A DNA stretch of 64,000 nucleotides, taken from positions 8,280 to 72,279 of the forward strand of contig DASTMZ010000008.1 of assembly GCA_035713725.1 (NCBI GenBank). The letters are read 5' to 3'. The translations under genes and the position numbers were made by a program. Of this stretch, positions 45,342 through 53,438 are shown in pieces (the first letter of the stretch is position 1; each line of letters opens with the position of its first letter). The stretch comes from Micromonosporaceae bacterium (lineage in GTDB: Bacteria; Actinomycetota; Actinomycetes; Mycobacteriales; Micromonosporaceae). The notes under the pieces were generated by a model. That model was not told the DNA's origin and did not search any database. It saw only the letters and a program-made list of their open reading frames with translations.

Positions 45342-46898
45342 ATGAACTCTGCCTGGATGATCCTCGCATCCGGGCCGGTGCAGTTGACGCCGGCTCGGTC
45401 GCAGATGGGCTTCACTCTCGGGTTCCACATCCTGCTGGTACCGCTCGGTGTGGCGCTGCCGACGCTGATGCTGATCGCGAACTACAAGGGTCTGAAGCGC
45501 GGTGACGCGGCGGCGTTGAGTCTCGCGCGTCGATGGTCGCACGCGGCGGGTCTGACGTTCGCGGTCGGAGCGGTAACCGGGACCGTGTTGTCGTTCGAGT
45601 TTGGCTTGCTGTGGCCGGGTTTCGTCAAAACGTTCGGCGACGTCTTCGGCCTGCCATTCGCGATCGAAGGCATCTCGTTCTTTCTCGAGGCGCTGCTCGT
45701 GGCGATCTACATCTACGGCTGGCGGCGCATGAAGCCGTGGACACACTTCTGGTTCGGCTTCCCGATCCCGTTTGTGGCCATCATCGGTGCGCTTTCCATT
45801 ATCTCGGTCAACTCGTGGATGAACGCACCGGCCGGCTTCACCATCGGCTCGGATGGGCGCCCGACAAAGGTCGATCCGTTTAACGTCATCTTCAACAAGG
45901 CGTTGCCGTGGGAGCTGACGCATTTCCTCATCGCCGCGTATATGGCGGCCACGTTCATGGTCGCGTCCGTGTACGTGGTCGGTTGGCTGCGCGGGCGCCG
46001 CGACCGGTACCACCGGCTCGGCATCCTGATCCCGTTCACGATCGGTGCCATCCTCGCGCCGATCCAGGCCCTGGTCGGCGATCAGATCGCACGTTGGGTC
46101 TATCAGAACCAGCCGGCCAAGTTCGCGGCGATGGAGATAGTGACGAATTCCGGTACGCATCAACCCGAATACCTGTTCGGCATTTACCACCCGTCAACGA
46201 ACACCGTGACCGGCGGGATCAAGATTCCGGGCCTCGACTCGTGGTTAGCCGGCGGGAGCACAAGCACGTTTGTCCAAGGCATGAACTCGATCCCGCCGCA
46301 GAATCGCGCATCGAACCCGACGCTCGTACATTTCGCGTTCGACGTCATGGTCGGGATCGGCACACTGCTCCCGTTGGTGGCGCTCTACTACGCGATCGCG
46401 TATTGGCGCCGACGCAACGTGCCGCACGGACGGATATTCCTCTGGGTCGCCGCGGCCTGCGGCGTGCTGGCCTACATCGCGATCGAGGCGGGGTGGATCA
46501 CCACCGAGGTCGGCCGGCAGCCGTGGATCGTCTGGAACATCGCGCGAACATCCGGCGCGGTGACCACTGCGCAAAGCGTCACCGTGACGATGATCGTCAT
46601 CTACGTCCTCTACGCGTTGCTCGGCATCGCCACGATCGCCGTACTGCGCGCGATGGCCACGCGATGGCGCATCAAACCGGTTATCGACGACGACGAGACG
46701 TCGCCCTACGGTCCACGGCCGGACGCGGTGGCGGCGATGGCGGGCGAGACGGCGGAGGCCGGGGCATTGGCCGAGTCCGGCGTCGATGGCGCGGCAGGCC
46801 GTCGGTCCACATCCGCGACCGAAACCGCGACCGATACCGCGACCGATACCGGGGCGGACAGCGCGACCGAATCCCGCGACCGGAGACCGAAGTCGTGA
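45342..46898 (+). CDS. cydA: Cytochrome bd ubiquinol/menaquinol oxidase subunit I, with a C-terminal hydrophilic extension
   Basis: CydA pattern (RSQMGFTLGFHILLVPLGVALP, GWITTEVGRQPWIV). About 70 extra C-terminal residues contain the AT(E/D)T repeat. Confidence 0.9.
   Translation: MNSAWMILASGPVQLTPARSQMGFTLGFHILLVPLGVALPTLMLIANYKGLKRGDAAALSLARRWSHAAGLTFAVGAVTGTVLSFEFGLLWPGFVKTFGDVFGLPFAIEGISFFLEALLVAIYIYGWRRMKPWTHFWFGFPIPFVAIIGALSIISVNSWMNAPAGFTIGSDGRPTKVDPFNVIFNKALPWELTHFLIAAYMAATFMVASVYVVGWLRGRRDRYHRLGILIPFTIGAILAPIQALVGDQIARWVYQNQPAKFAAMEIVTNSGTHQPEYLFGIYHPSTNTVTGGIKIPGLDSWLAGGSTSTFVQGMNSIPPQNRASNPTLVHFAFDVMVGIGTLLPLVALYYAIAYWRRRNVPHGRIFLWVAAACGVLAYIAIEAGWITTEVGRQPWIVWNIARTSGAVTTAQSVTVTMIVIYVLYALLGIATIAVLRAMATRWRIKPVIDDDETSPYGPRPDAVAAMAGETAEAGALAESGVDGAAGRRSTSATETATDTATDTGADSATESRDRRPKS
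46815..46874 (+). repeat. 12 bp tandem repeat x5 in the cydA 3' tail (ATET ATDT ATDT GADS ATES)
   Basis: gcgaccgaaacc gcgaccgatacc gcgaccgatacc ggggcggacagc gcgaccgaatcc. Confidence 0.85.
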
Positions 46899-48187
46899 CG
46901 GCCGCAAACCTCGTCGCCGGAGTCATTGTCATCGGCATCACGCTCTATGCCTGGTCCGGCATCGCGGACTTCGGCGCGGGTTTCTGGGATCTGATCGCCG
47001 GCAACAAGGCGCAAGGTCTCCGCGCTCGGTCGCTGATCGACGAGGTCATTACGCCGGTGTGGGAGGCCAACCACGTCTGGCTCATCTACATCCTGGTCGT
47101 GACGTGGACGGCGTTCGGCGGCGCGTTCGGATCGATCATGACCGCGCTTTTCGTCCCGCTGGCGCTCGCCGCGCTCGGAATCGTGTTGCGCGGTGCGAAC
47201 TTCGCGCTGCGCAAGGACGCTGCGCGGTCCGGCGCGCGGCAGTGGTCCGGCTGGCTGTTCGGCATCGGCGCGGTTATGACGCCGTTCTTTCTTGGCACGG
47301 CGGTCGGCGCAATCATGTCGGGCCGCGTACCACCGAACGGCGTCGGCAATCCCGTGAACGCGTGGGTGAACGCGGTGTCCATCACGACCGGACTGCTGAC
47401 CGTGGCGGTCGGTGCGTTTACTTCCGCCTGCTACCTCGTCGTCGAATGCGCTCGCCGGGGGGTTCCGGAGCTGCGCGAGTATTTCCGCATTCGCGCGTTG
47501 ATCGCGGGCGTCGTGGCGCTGCTGTGCGGCGTCGGCGTGGCGATCGCGCTGCGCGTCCAAGAGCGATCCATGTTCAACCGGCTCACCAGCCGCAGCATCC
47601 CGCTGATCGTGCTCGGCGTGGTCGCGCTCATCGCCGCGTTCGTGATGGCCCGTCGAGGTGTGGCACGTGGCCTGCGGGTGGTTGCCGCGGTGGGCGTCGG
47701 AGCGCTCGTTTGGGCATGGGCGGTCGCGCAATATCCGTATCTGCTGCCGTTCCGGCTGACCATCTCGGATGGCGCCGGCTCGACGACATCGATGAAGTGG
47801 CTGTTGGCTTGGTTCGTCGTGGCGCTCGTCACGGTGGTCCCGATGTTGATCGTGCTGTACACCCTGGACCAGCGTGGCCACCTCGGCGAGGATCCGAGAA
47901 CGTCGCGCCTCGAACCCGCGGGTGCTGGTCAAGTGCCGGCCGGTGAAGTGGCGGCGGCATCGGGGATGGCCGCGGAGTCCGGGCGGAAGGATCAGCGCGT
48001 CGACGAGCAGGCCGACCAGCGCTCCGACCAGCAACGCCCTACGCAACAGTCCGAGCCGCAATCGGGGCAGCAATCCGAACAGCAATCCGGGCAGCAGTCC
48101 GGGCAGCGCACCGATCGGGCCGGCGAGAAGCCGACCGGACCTCGCCACCGGGCGATCCGACCGCCGCGCCGCCGAAAGGACACCTGA
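46895..48187 (+). CDS. cydB: Cytochrome bd oxidase subunit II, with a C-terminal extension of about 90 aa rich in Gln/Ser/Glu
   Basis: CydB-like N-terminus (ITLYAWSGIADFGAGFWDL..., WEANHVWLIY) and 8-9 TM helices. GTG at 46895 overlaps the cydA stop (GTGA). Confidence 0.85.
   Translation: MTAANLVAGVIVIGITLYAWSGIADFGAGFWDLIAGNKAQGLRARSLIDEVITPVWEANHVWLIYILVVTWTAFGGAFGSIMTALFVPLALAALGIVLRGANFALRKDAARSGARQWSGWLFGIGAVMTPFFLGTAVGAIMSGRVPPNGVGNPVNAWVNAVSITTGLLTVAVGAFTSACYLVVECARRGVPELREYFRIRALIAGVVALLCGVGVAIALRVQERSMFNRLTSRSIPLIVLGVVALIAAFVMARRGVARGLRVVAAVGVGALVWAWAVAQYPYLLPFRLTISDGAGSTTSMKWLLAWFVVALVTVVPMLIVLYTLDQRGHLGEDPRTSRLEPAGAGQVPAGEVAAASGMAAESGRKDQRVDEQADQRSDQQRPTQQSEPQSGQQSEQQSGQQSGQRTDRAGEKPTGPRHRAIRPPRRRKDT
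48047..48106 (+). repeat. 12 bp tandem repeat x5 in the cydB 3' tail (QSGQ QSEQ QSGQ QSGQ)
   Basis: caatcggggcag caatccgaacag caatccgggcag cagtccgggcag, preceded by cagtccgagccg. Confidence 0.85.
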
Positions 48188-48240
48188 TCGAGCCGCACCT
48201 TATCGGGCCGCACCTGATCTGGGCGCACCTGGTCTGGCAC
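48181..48240. repeat. 15 bp tandem repeat x4 starting on the cydB stop codon
   Basis: cacctgatcgagccg caccttatcgggccg cacctgatctgggcg cacctggtctggcac. The stop TGA at 48185-48187 lies inside unit 1, and unit 3 also contains TGA. Confidence 0.9.
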
Positions 48241-48278
48241 TGCCCCGCCGGTCCACGGTCGCGCGTCCGGGGTGACGT

Positions 48279-48947
48279 ATGGTCATCGGCGTGAACGAGT
48301 CGGCCGCTCCGATGCGACCACGCAACCTCGCGGTCACTCATCTGGTCGGCGCCGCCATACCCGGTGTGGTCATCGCCGTCGTCGTCGCCTTCTTCGTACC
48401 GATCGATGTGGCGCTGCTGATCGGCTGGGACGTTGCGGCGGCCGTCTTTCTGGCCGGGACGTGGCTGACCGTGCACGGCCTTGACGGGCCGGCGACCAAG
48501 GTGCACGCGGTTCGCGACGACCCGACCAGGACCGCTTCCGATCTGACCGTGCTGCTCGCGAGCGCCGCGAGTCTCGCGGCGGTGGCGACACTCATCATCC
48601 GGGCCAGCAACGCGCACGGCGCGGGCCGCGTATGGGAGGCGGCGCTCGGTGTCGGCAGCGTCGTGATGGCCTGGCTCGTCGTGCACGCGACCTACATGCT
48701 GCGGTACGCCACGATCTACCACACCGGCGGCGAAGGCGGCGTCGACTTCAACCAGACGAGTCCGCCGCGCTACACCGACTTCGCCTATCTGGCGTTCACG
48801 ATCGGCATGACGTTCCAGGTGTCCGACACGACGCTCACGTCGTCCGAGATGCGCGCAAACGCGCTGCGCCACGCATTGCTGTCCTATCTCTACGGCACGG
48901 TCATCATCGCCGCGACGATCAACCTGATCGCCGGTCTCAATCGCTGA
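48279..48947 (+). CDS. DUF1345-family membrane protein
   Basis: 222 aa. The C-terminal FNQTSPPRYTDFAYLAFTIGMTFQVSDT...LLSYLYGTVIIAATINL is characteristic of DUF1345. Confidence 0.75.
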   Translation: MVIGVNESAAPMRPRNLAVTHLVGAAIPGVVIAVVVAFFVPIDVALLIGWDVAAAVFLAGTWLTVHGLDGPATKVHAVRDDPTRTASDLTVLLASAASLAAVATLIIRASNAHGAGRVWEAALGVGSVVMAWLVVHATYMLRYATIYHTGGEGGVDFNQTSPPRYTDFAYLAFTIGMTFQVSDTTLTSSEMRANALRHALLSYLYGTVIIAATINLIAGLNR

Positions 48948-48956
48948 GGTGCACCG

Positions 48957-49913
48957 ATGACGGAAGGCTCGAGTGGATCGGTTGGCGTGCCGCATGGCGT
49001 GGGTCATGGCGGGGGTCACGGCGTGTACGTACCCGATCTGATCGCCGCCCAGCGCACGATCGGCACTCGCACATTCGACTTCGATCGGCAGGTCGCCGTG
49101 ATGGCGATCGTCAACCGGACGCCGGACTCTTTCCACGACCGCGGCGCATCGTACGCGCTGGATCATGCCGTGTACGCGGTCGGTGCGGCGGTCTCCGACG
49201 GCGCCGATTGGGTGGACATCGGCGGGGTACCGTTCGGGCTCCACGCCGGCGAGGTCAGCGAATCGGAGGAGATCGATCGCGTCGTACCGGTCGTGACCGC
49301 GGCTCGTCAGGCGTCCGATGTCGTGCTGTCGGTGGACACGTACCGCCCGGAGGTCGCGCGTCGGGTGATCTCGGCCGGTGCAGACGTCATCAATGACACG
49401 TCCGGACTTTACGATCCGGGGCTCGCGGACATCGTCGCCGAATCGGGTACGACGCTGGTCATCACGCACAGCTTGGCGCGCCCACCGCGTACCCCCGTAG
49501 TGCGGCCCACCTACCGCGACGTGGTCGCGGAGGTCGCGGCGTTCCTCGCGGACCGCGTGAGCGTGGCGCTCGACCACGGCGTGCGTCCGGAGCAGATCGT
49601 CATCGACCCCGGCCACGACCTGAACAAGAACACCCACCACTCGCTGGAGCTCACGCGCCGGTTGGCCGACATCACATCGCTCGGCTACCCGACGCTAGTG
49701 GCGTTGTCGAACAAGGACTTCATCGGCGAGGCACTCGGCCGACCGCAACACGAGCGCCTCGTCGGCACGATTGCCTCGAACGTCGCCGCGATGTTGCAGG
49801 GTGCCAGGATCGTTCGCGTTCATGACGTTCGAGCCGCGGTCGACTCGGTGCACATGGTGGCGGCGATCCTTGGCTGGCAAGAGCCGGTGGAGGTCCGCCA
49901 CAACGTCGATTAG
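48957..49913 (+). CDS. folP: Dihydropteroate synthase-family protein
   Basis: Pterin-binding domain pattern (VMAIVNRTPDSFHDRG, DWVDIGG, SVDTYRPEVARRVISAGADVINDTSG, IDPGHDLNKN, RVHDV). Whether it is the housekeeping or a folP2-type paralog cannot be told from sequence alone. Confidence 0.8.
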   Translation: MTEGSSGSVGVPHGVGHGGGHGVYVPDLIAAQRTIGTRTFDFDRQVAVMAIVNRTPDSFHDRGASYALDHAVYAVGAAVSDGADWVDIGGVPFGLHAGEVSESEEIDRVVPVVTAARQASDVVLSVDTYRPEVARRVISAGADVINDTSGLYDPGLADIVAESGTTLVITHSLARPPRTPVVRPTYRDVVAEVAAFLADRVSVALDHGVRPEQIVIDPGHDLNKNTHHSLELTRRLADITSLGYPTLVALSNKDFIGEALGRPQHERLVGTIASNVAAMLQGARIVRVHDVRAAVDSVHMVAAILGWQEPVEVRHNVD

Positions 49914-49922
49914 TGGCCGGCG

Positions 49923-50777
49923 TTATCTCGGCCGCTCACTGACGCGGTACCGCAGGAATAGGAAGCCGTCGCTGGCGGCGAGGACGCTCGCGACCTCGAG
50001 ATCGCGCACCGTGCTGACCGGCCCGGCAGTGATGCGACCCGCGCCCGGGCCGAGAAGGCGTGGCGACACGGTCAGGCACAATTCGTCGACCGCGTCCGCG
50101 GCGGTCAGCGCACCGAGCACATGCGGGCCGCCTTCACACAGCACATGTGGGTACCCAGCATCGACGAGCGCGGCGCGCGCGGCGCGGAAGTCGATCGCCT
50201 CGCGCCCGCAGACGACCACCTCGGCAACCTCGCTGAGTGCCTTACGTCGACCGGCCGGAGCGCCGTCATGGGTCAACACGAACGGTCGGACCGGTGCCTC
50301 GCGGAACATCGGGTGCGCTGGGTCGAGATCAAGCCGTCCGGATATCACGACGAGCGCGGGTTGTGGTTCGCGACCACTTCGCCGTCGCAACTCCCGATGA
50401 CGATCGTCGACCGTCATGGCGCCGTACCCCTCGATGCGCAACGTTCCGGCGCCCACCATGACCGCGTCGCACTGCACCCGCAGCAGGTCGAAGATGCGCT
50501 TGTCGGCCGGCCCGCCGAGACCGCCCGACTTTCCGTCGGCGGTGACGGCACCGTCGACGCTCGCGACGAAGTTCGCCCGCATCAACGGTTCGTCACCGAC
50601 CGGGTACGCACGGAGCAACGCGTCGTCGTCGAGCGGCTGGGTGTCCGGACTCGGCCAGACGGCGCGCACCTCCGGTGATGGCTCCGGAGTCGATGGCGCC
50701 GGGGTGGATGGCTCCGTTTCTGGCACGGTTTCGAGCCTCGCACACCCGGGCTCGCGCGGCGTGCCGAACGGCCGCAT
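49923..50777 (-). CDS. RibD C-terminal-domain (pyrimidine/dihydrofolate reductase-like) family protein
   Basis: MRANFVASVDGAVTADGKSGGLGGPADKRIFDLLRVQCDAVMVGAGTLR...LCEGGPHVLGAL. Start is uncertain, but the 13 bp non-triplet repeat at 50821 argues that coding starts at or below 50777. Confidence 0.75.
   Translation of the reverse strand: MRPFGTPREPGCARLETVPETEPSTPAPSTPEPSPEVRAVWPSPDTQPLDDDALLRAYPVGDEPLMRANFVASVDGAVTADGKSGGLGGPADKRIFDLLRVQCDAVMVGAGTLRIEGYGAMTVDDRHRELRRRSGREPQPALVVISGRLDLDPAHPMFREAPVRPFVLTHDGAPAGRRKALSEVAEVVVCGREAIDFRAARAALVDAGYPHVLCEGGPHVLGALTAADAVDELCLTVSPRLLGPGAGRITAGPVSTVRDLEVASVLAASDGFLFLRYRVSERPR
50674..50718 (-). repeat. 15 bp tandem repeat x3 in the reductase 5' tail (EPSTP APSTP EPSPE)
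   Basis: ggtgatggctccgga gtcgatggcgccggg gtggatggctccgtt on the plus strand. Confidence 0.8.
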
Positions 50778-50820
50778 CCGCGGGTGCTTCGGCGCGCGTC
50801 GAGTGCGTTGGTCGTGCGGA

Positions 50821-50859
50821 TCGATGGTTCGGATCGATGGTTCGGATCGAGGGTGCGGC
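50821..50859. repeat. 13 bp tandem repeat x3
   Basis: tcgatggttcgga tcgatggttcgga tcgagggtgcggc. Confidence 0.85.
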
Positions 50860-50964
50860 GGTGTAGAGCTGAGGTTGTCGGGGGATGGCGATAGCGTCAC
50901 GACGTTGGTGCGGGCGGCCGTATTCGTCACGGGGCTGTGTCTCGGGATGGGCCGCAGCGTGCTA

Positions 50965-51080
50965 TGAACCATGGCTTTTGTTGAACCACAGCTTGCTATG
51001 AACTACGGCTTGCGTTTGAACCACGGCTTGCGTTTGAACCACAGCTTGCTTTTGAACCACGGCTTGCGTTGAACCACAAC
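50965..51080. repeat. 17-18 bp tandem repeat x7 (TGAACCACRGCTTGCKTT), relatively AT-rich, in the divergent intergenic region
   Basis: TGAACC/TGAACT recurs at 50965, 50982, 50999, 51017, 51035, 51053 and 51070. The array ends 44 bp before the DUF885 ATG. Confidence 0.92.
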
Positions 51081-51123
51081 ACGTGGGCACCAGAGCCCGC
51101 GGACGAACAGATCGGCAACAGGG

Positions 51124-52842
51124 ATGGGGAGTGGCATGAGTGCGGTGAACGACCTCGCGGACGAGATGCTCGATGCAATATTCGACGCATACCCAGCGAT
51201 CGCCACGCTGTTGGGATTCGCCGGACCGCGCGATCGACTCCTCACTGACCATCGCGAGTCCGCCGAGCAAGCTATGGATGCGCGGGTCGCGGCAATCGGC
51301 GCCCGCGCGGCCGCGCTCGATCCGGCCGACCTGATGCCCGACGAGCGGGTCACCCGTGCCGTCGTCATGCGACAGTCCGACGACCTGCGGGCCGGTTGGC
51401 AAGGCCATCTGACCGAGTTCTCCATCTGCGACTCGTTCACCGCGCCCGCGGCGGACATCTTGTTCACGCTGCCGATGATCACGATCTCCACGGCCGAGCA
51501 GGCCGATGCGTATGTCGACCGGCTCGCGGCCATTCCGCGCACGCTCGAGGCGCTGGCCGACCGGCATCGGGCGGGCATCGCGGCCGGCCGCGTTCCGGTG
51601 CGGCATCTCGTCGAGGCGGCCGCCGATCACGTCGACCGCTATCTGGCCAACCGCGACGACCCGCTGGCCAAACCGACGCCCGCCGATCATGCCGGAGTGA
51701 CCGGCGGTCCTATGGACGTTCCTGCGTTCCACGCACGCCGTGACGAGGTGCTGCGTACGGCGGTCCGACCGGCGTTCGCGGCCTACCGCGACGTGCTCCG
51801 CAATGAAGTCGCACCGCACGGTCGCGATCGGGAGCATCCCGGGCTGACGTGGCTGCCGGGCGGCGACGAGATCTACGCGCGGATGATCGCGATGCACACC
51901 ACGACCGGGCGCACCGCGGACGAGATCCACCAGACCGGTCTCGACGTGATCGCCCGGCTCGCGGACGAATATCGCGAGGTCGGCGGCCGCGTGTTCGGCA
52001 CGACCGATCTCGCCGAGATCTTCGAACGGTTGCGGACGGATCCGGCGCTGCGGTGGCGCGACGGCGATGAGTTGCTCGAGGCGGCGCGGGCCGCGGTCGC
52101 CCGTGCCGATGCGGCCGCGCCCGCGTGGTTCGGCCGGCTGCCAAGCCAGGGGTGCGAAGTGCGCGCCGTTCCCGACGACGAGGCGCCCGGCGCCGCGGGT
52201 GCGTATTACACCCAGCCGGCCATGGACGGCAGCCGGCCGGGCATCTACTTCGCCAACACGTACGAAGCGACGGAACGCGACCGGACGCAGTGCGAGTCGA
52301 CCGCGTTCCACGAGGCGATCCCGGGTCACCACTTCCAGACCACGATTGCGATGGAGCTGGCCGACCTGCCGATGTTGCGTCGGCTCGCGCCGTTCACGGC
52401 GTACGGCGAGGGGTGGGGCCTCTACTGCGAGCGGCTGGCGCACGAGATGGGGCTCTACTCGGACGACATCGCGTTGCTCGGGATGCTCAGCACCGACTCG
52501 CTGCGGGCGGCGCGTCTCGTGGTTGATACCGGCATGCATGCGAAGGGTTGGAGTCGCGAGCAAGCGGTGCGTTACATGATGGAGCAGACGCCAGTCATGC
52601 CGCTGGAGATCGAGAGTGAGATCGACCGGTACATCGCCACGCCCGGCCAGGCATTGGCGTACATGATCGGTCGACTGGAGATCCAGCGGATCCGTGCCGA
52701 GGCGGAGCGCGCACTCGGGTCGGCGTTCGACATCCGCGGCTTCCACGACACCGTGCTAGGCAGCGGCGCGTTGCCACTGAGCGTGCTCGCCGAGGTCGTC
52801 GACGCGTGGGTGGCACTACGCACCGCAGAGCCATCCGTGTAA
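51124..52842 (+). CDS. DUF885-family protein (putative metallopeptidase-like)
   Basis: 572 aa. The C-terminal region with [11 protein letters not shown] (HExxH-like context), [12 protein letters not shown] and [16 protein letters not shown] is typical of DUF885. An alternative ATG is at 51136. Confidence 0.8.
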   Translation: MGSGMSAVNDLADEMLDAIFDAYPAIATLLGFAGPRDRLLTDHRESAEQAMDARVAAIGARAAALDPADLMPDERVTRAVVMRQSDDLRAGWQGHLTEFSICDSFTAPAADILFTLPMITISTAEQADAYVDRLAAIPRTLEALADRHRAGIAAGRVPVRHLVEAAADHVDRYLANRDDPLAKPTPADHAGVTGGPMDVPAFHARRDEVLRTAVRPAFAAYRDVLRNEVAPHGRDREHPGLTWLPGGDEIYARMIAMHTTTGRTADEIHQTGLDVIARLADEYREVGGRVFGTTDLAEIFERLRTDPALRWRDGDELLEAARAAVARADAAAPAWFGRLPSQGCEVRAVPDDEAPGAAGAYYTQPAMDGSRPGIYFANTYEATERDRTQCESTAFHEAIPGHHFQTTIAMELADLPMLRRLAPFTAYGEGWGLYCERLAHEMGLYSDDIALLGMLSTDSLRAARLVVDTGMHAKGWSREQAVRYMMEQTPVMPLEIESEIDRYIATPGQALAYMIGRLEIQRIRAEAERALGSAFDIRGFHDTVLGSGALPLSVLAEVVDAWVALRTAEPSV

Positions 52843-52893
52843 CTAGTCCGTGTAACTAGGTCCGCGTCACCAGGTCCGCGTCAGTAGGTCCGC
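52837..52893. repeat. 13-14 bp tandem repeat x4 that begins on the DUF885 stop codon
   Basis: gtgTAActagtcc gtgTAActaggtccgc gtcaccaggtccgc gtcagtaggtccgc. The stop TAA at 52840-52842 is duplicated in unit 2. Confidence 0.88.
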
Positions 52894-52921
52894 GCATCGG
52901 AGCGCAACATCGGCGTCGCGC

Positions 52922-52952
52922 AACCTTGGCGTCTCGAAACCTTGGCGTCTCG
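52922..52952. repeat. 16 bp tandem duplication
   Basis: aaccttggcgtctcg a aaccttggcgtctcg. Confidence 0.88.
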
Positions 52953-53006
52953 ACACGCGGTGCCGACCGCGTCTCTACGCGGCCCGTCAACGCGTCGACA
53001 GGGCGT

Positions 53007-53093
53007 AGCGACCCGATACCGTGCAGCGACCCGATACCGTGCAGCGTCCCGATGCGGCGCATCGTCCCGATACCCCATCCCCGATACCCCATC
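53007..53093. repeat. Composite array of 5 units with a CCCGATRC core (period 18, 18, 18, 14)
   Basis: agcgacccgataccgtgc x2, agcgtcccgatgcggcgc, atcgtcccgataccccat, ccccgataccccatc. Confidence 0.88.
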
Positions 53094-53438
53094 GACGCGT
53101 CTCCACACGGCACTGTCAAGGCGTTCACACAGCGTCGACAGCCACTCGACACGGCAGTGTCACATGGTCCGAGACGGCGCTCGGCAGCGCCCTGATGCGA
53201 CGACGGACAATGGCTCGGCCCGAGCTCTCCGGACGTCAGATACGCGGCGTAGTCCCAAGTAGACGGGCTGCGGTCGTCGTTACCGAGCCGTAATGGCGGC
53301 CTTGTTGATCTGTACCTTGTATACAGGATACGTTCGGGTTCCGGAACGGACCGGGAGGACCCGATGCCGCGTAAATTCCCAACCCCTCGACTCGATAACC
53401 CCCAACTCCATTTGCTTGAGCCGGGTCAGGGCACCCGG

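Noticed and set aside
48039-49640. 533-aa minus-strand ORF antisense to DUF1345 and folP
   Set aside because: Arg/Gly/Asp/His-rich low-complexity translation with no recognisable domain. It fully overlaps two plus-strand genes that have clear family signatures. This is a typical high-GC shadow ORF.
50965-51080. CRISPR array interpretation of this and the other repeat loci
   Set aside because: The units are directly adjacent with no unique spacers, they are only 12-18 bp long, and no cas genes are present. These are tandem minisatellites, not CRISPRs.
50962-52746. 594-aa minus-strand ORF antisense to DUF885
   Set aside because: Arg-rich shadow ORF. The plus-strand frame carries the conserved DUF885 motifs, and the 3' part of the minus ORF runs through a non-triplet repeat array.
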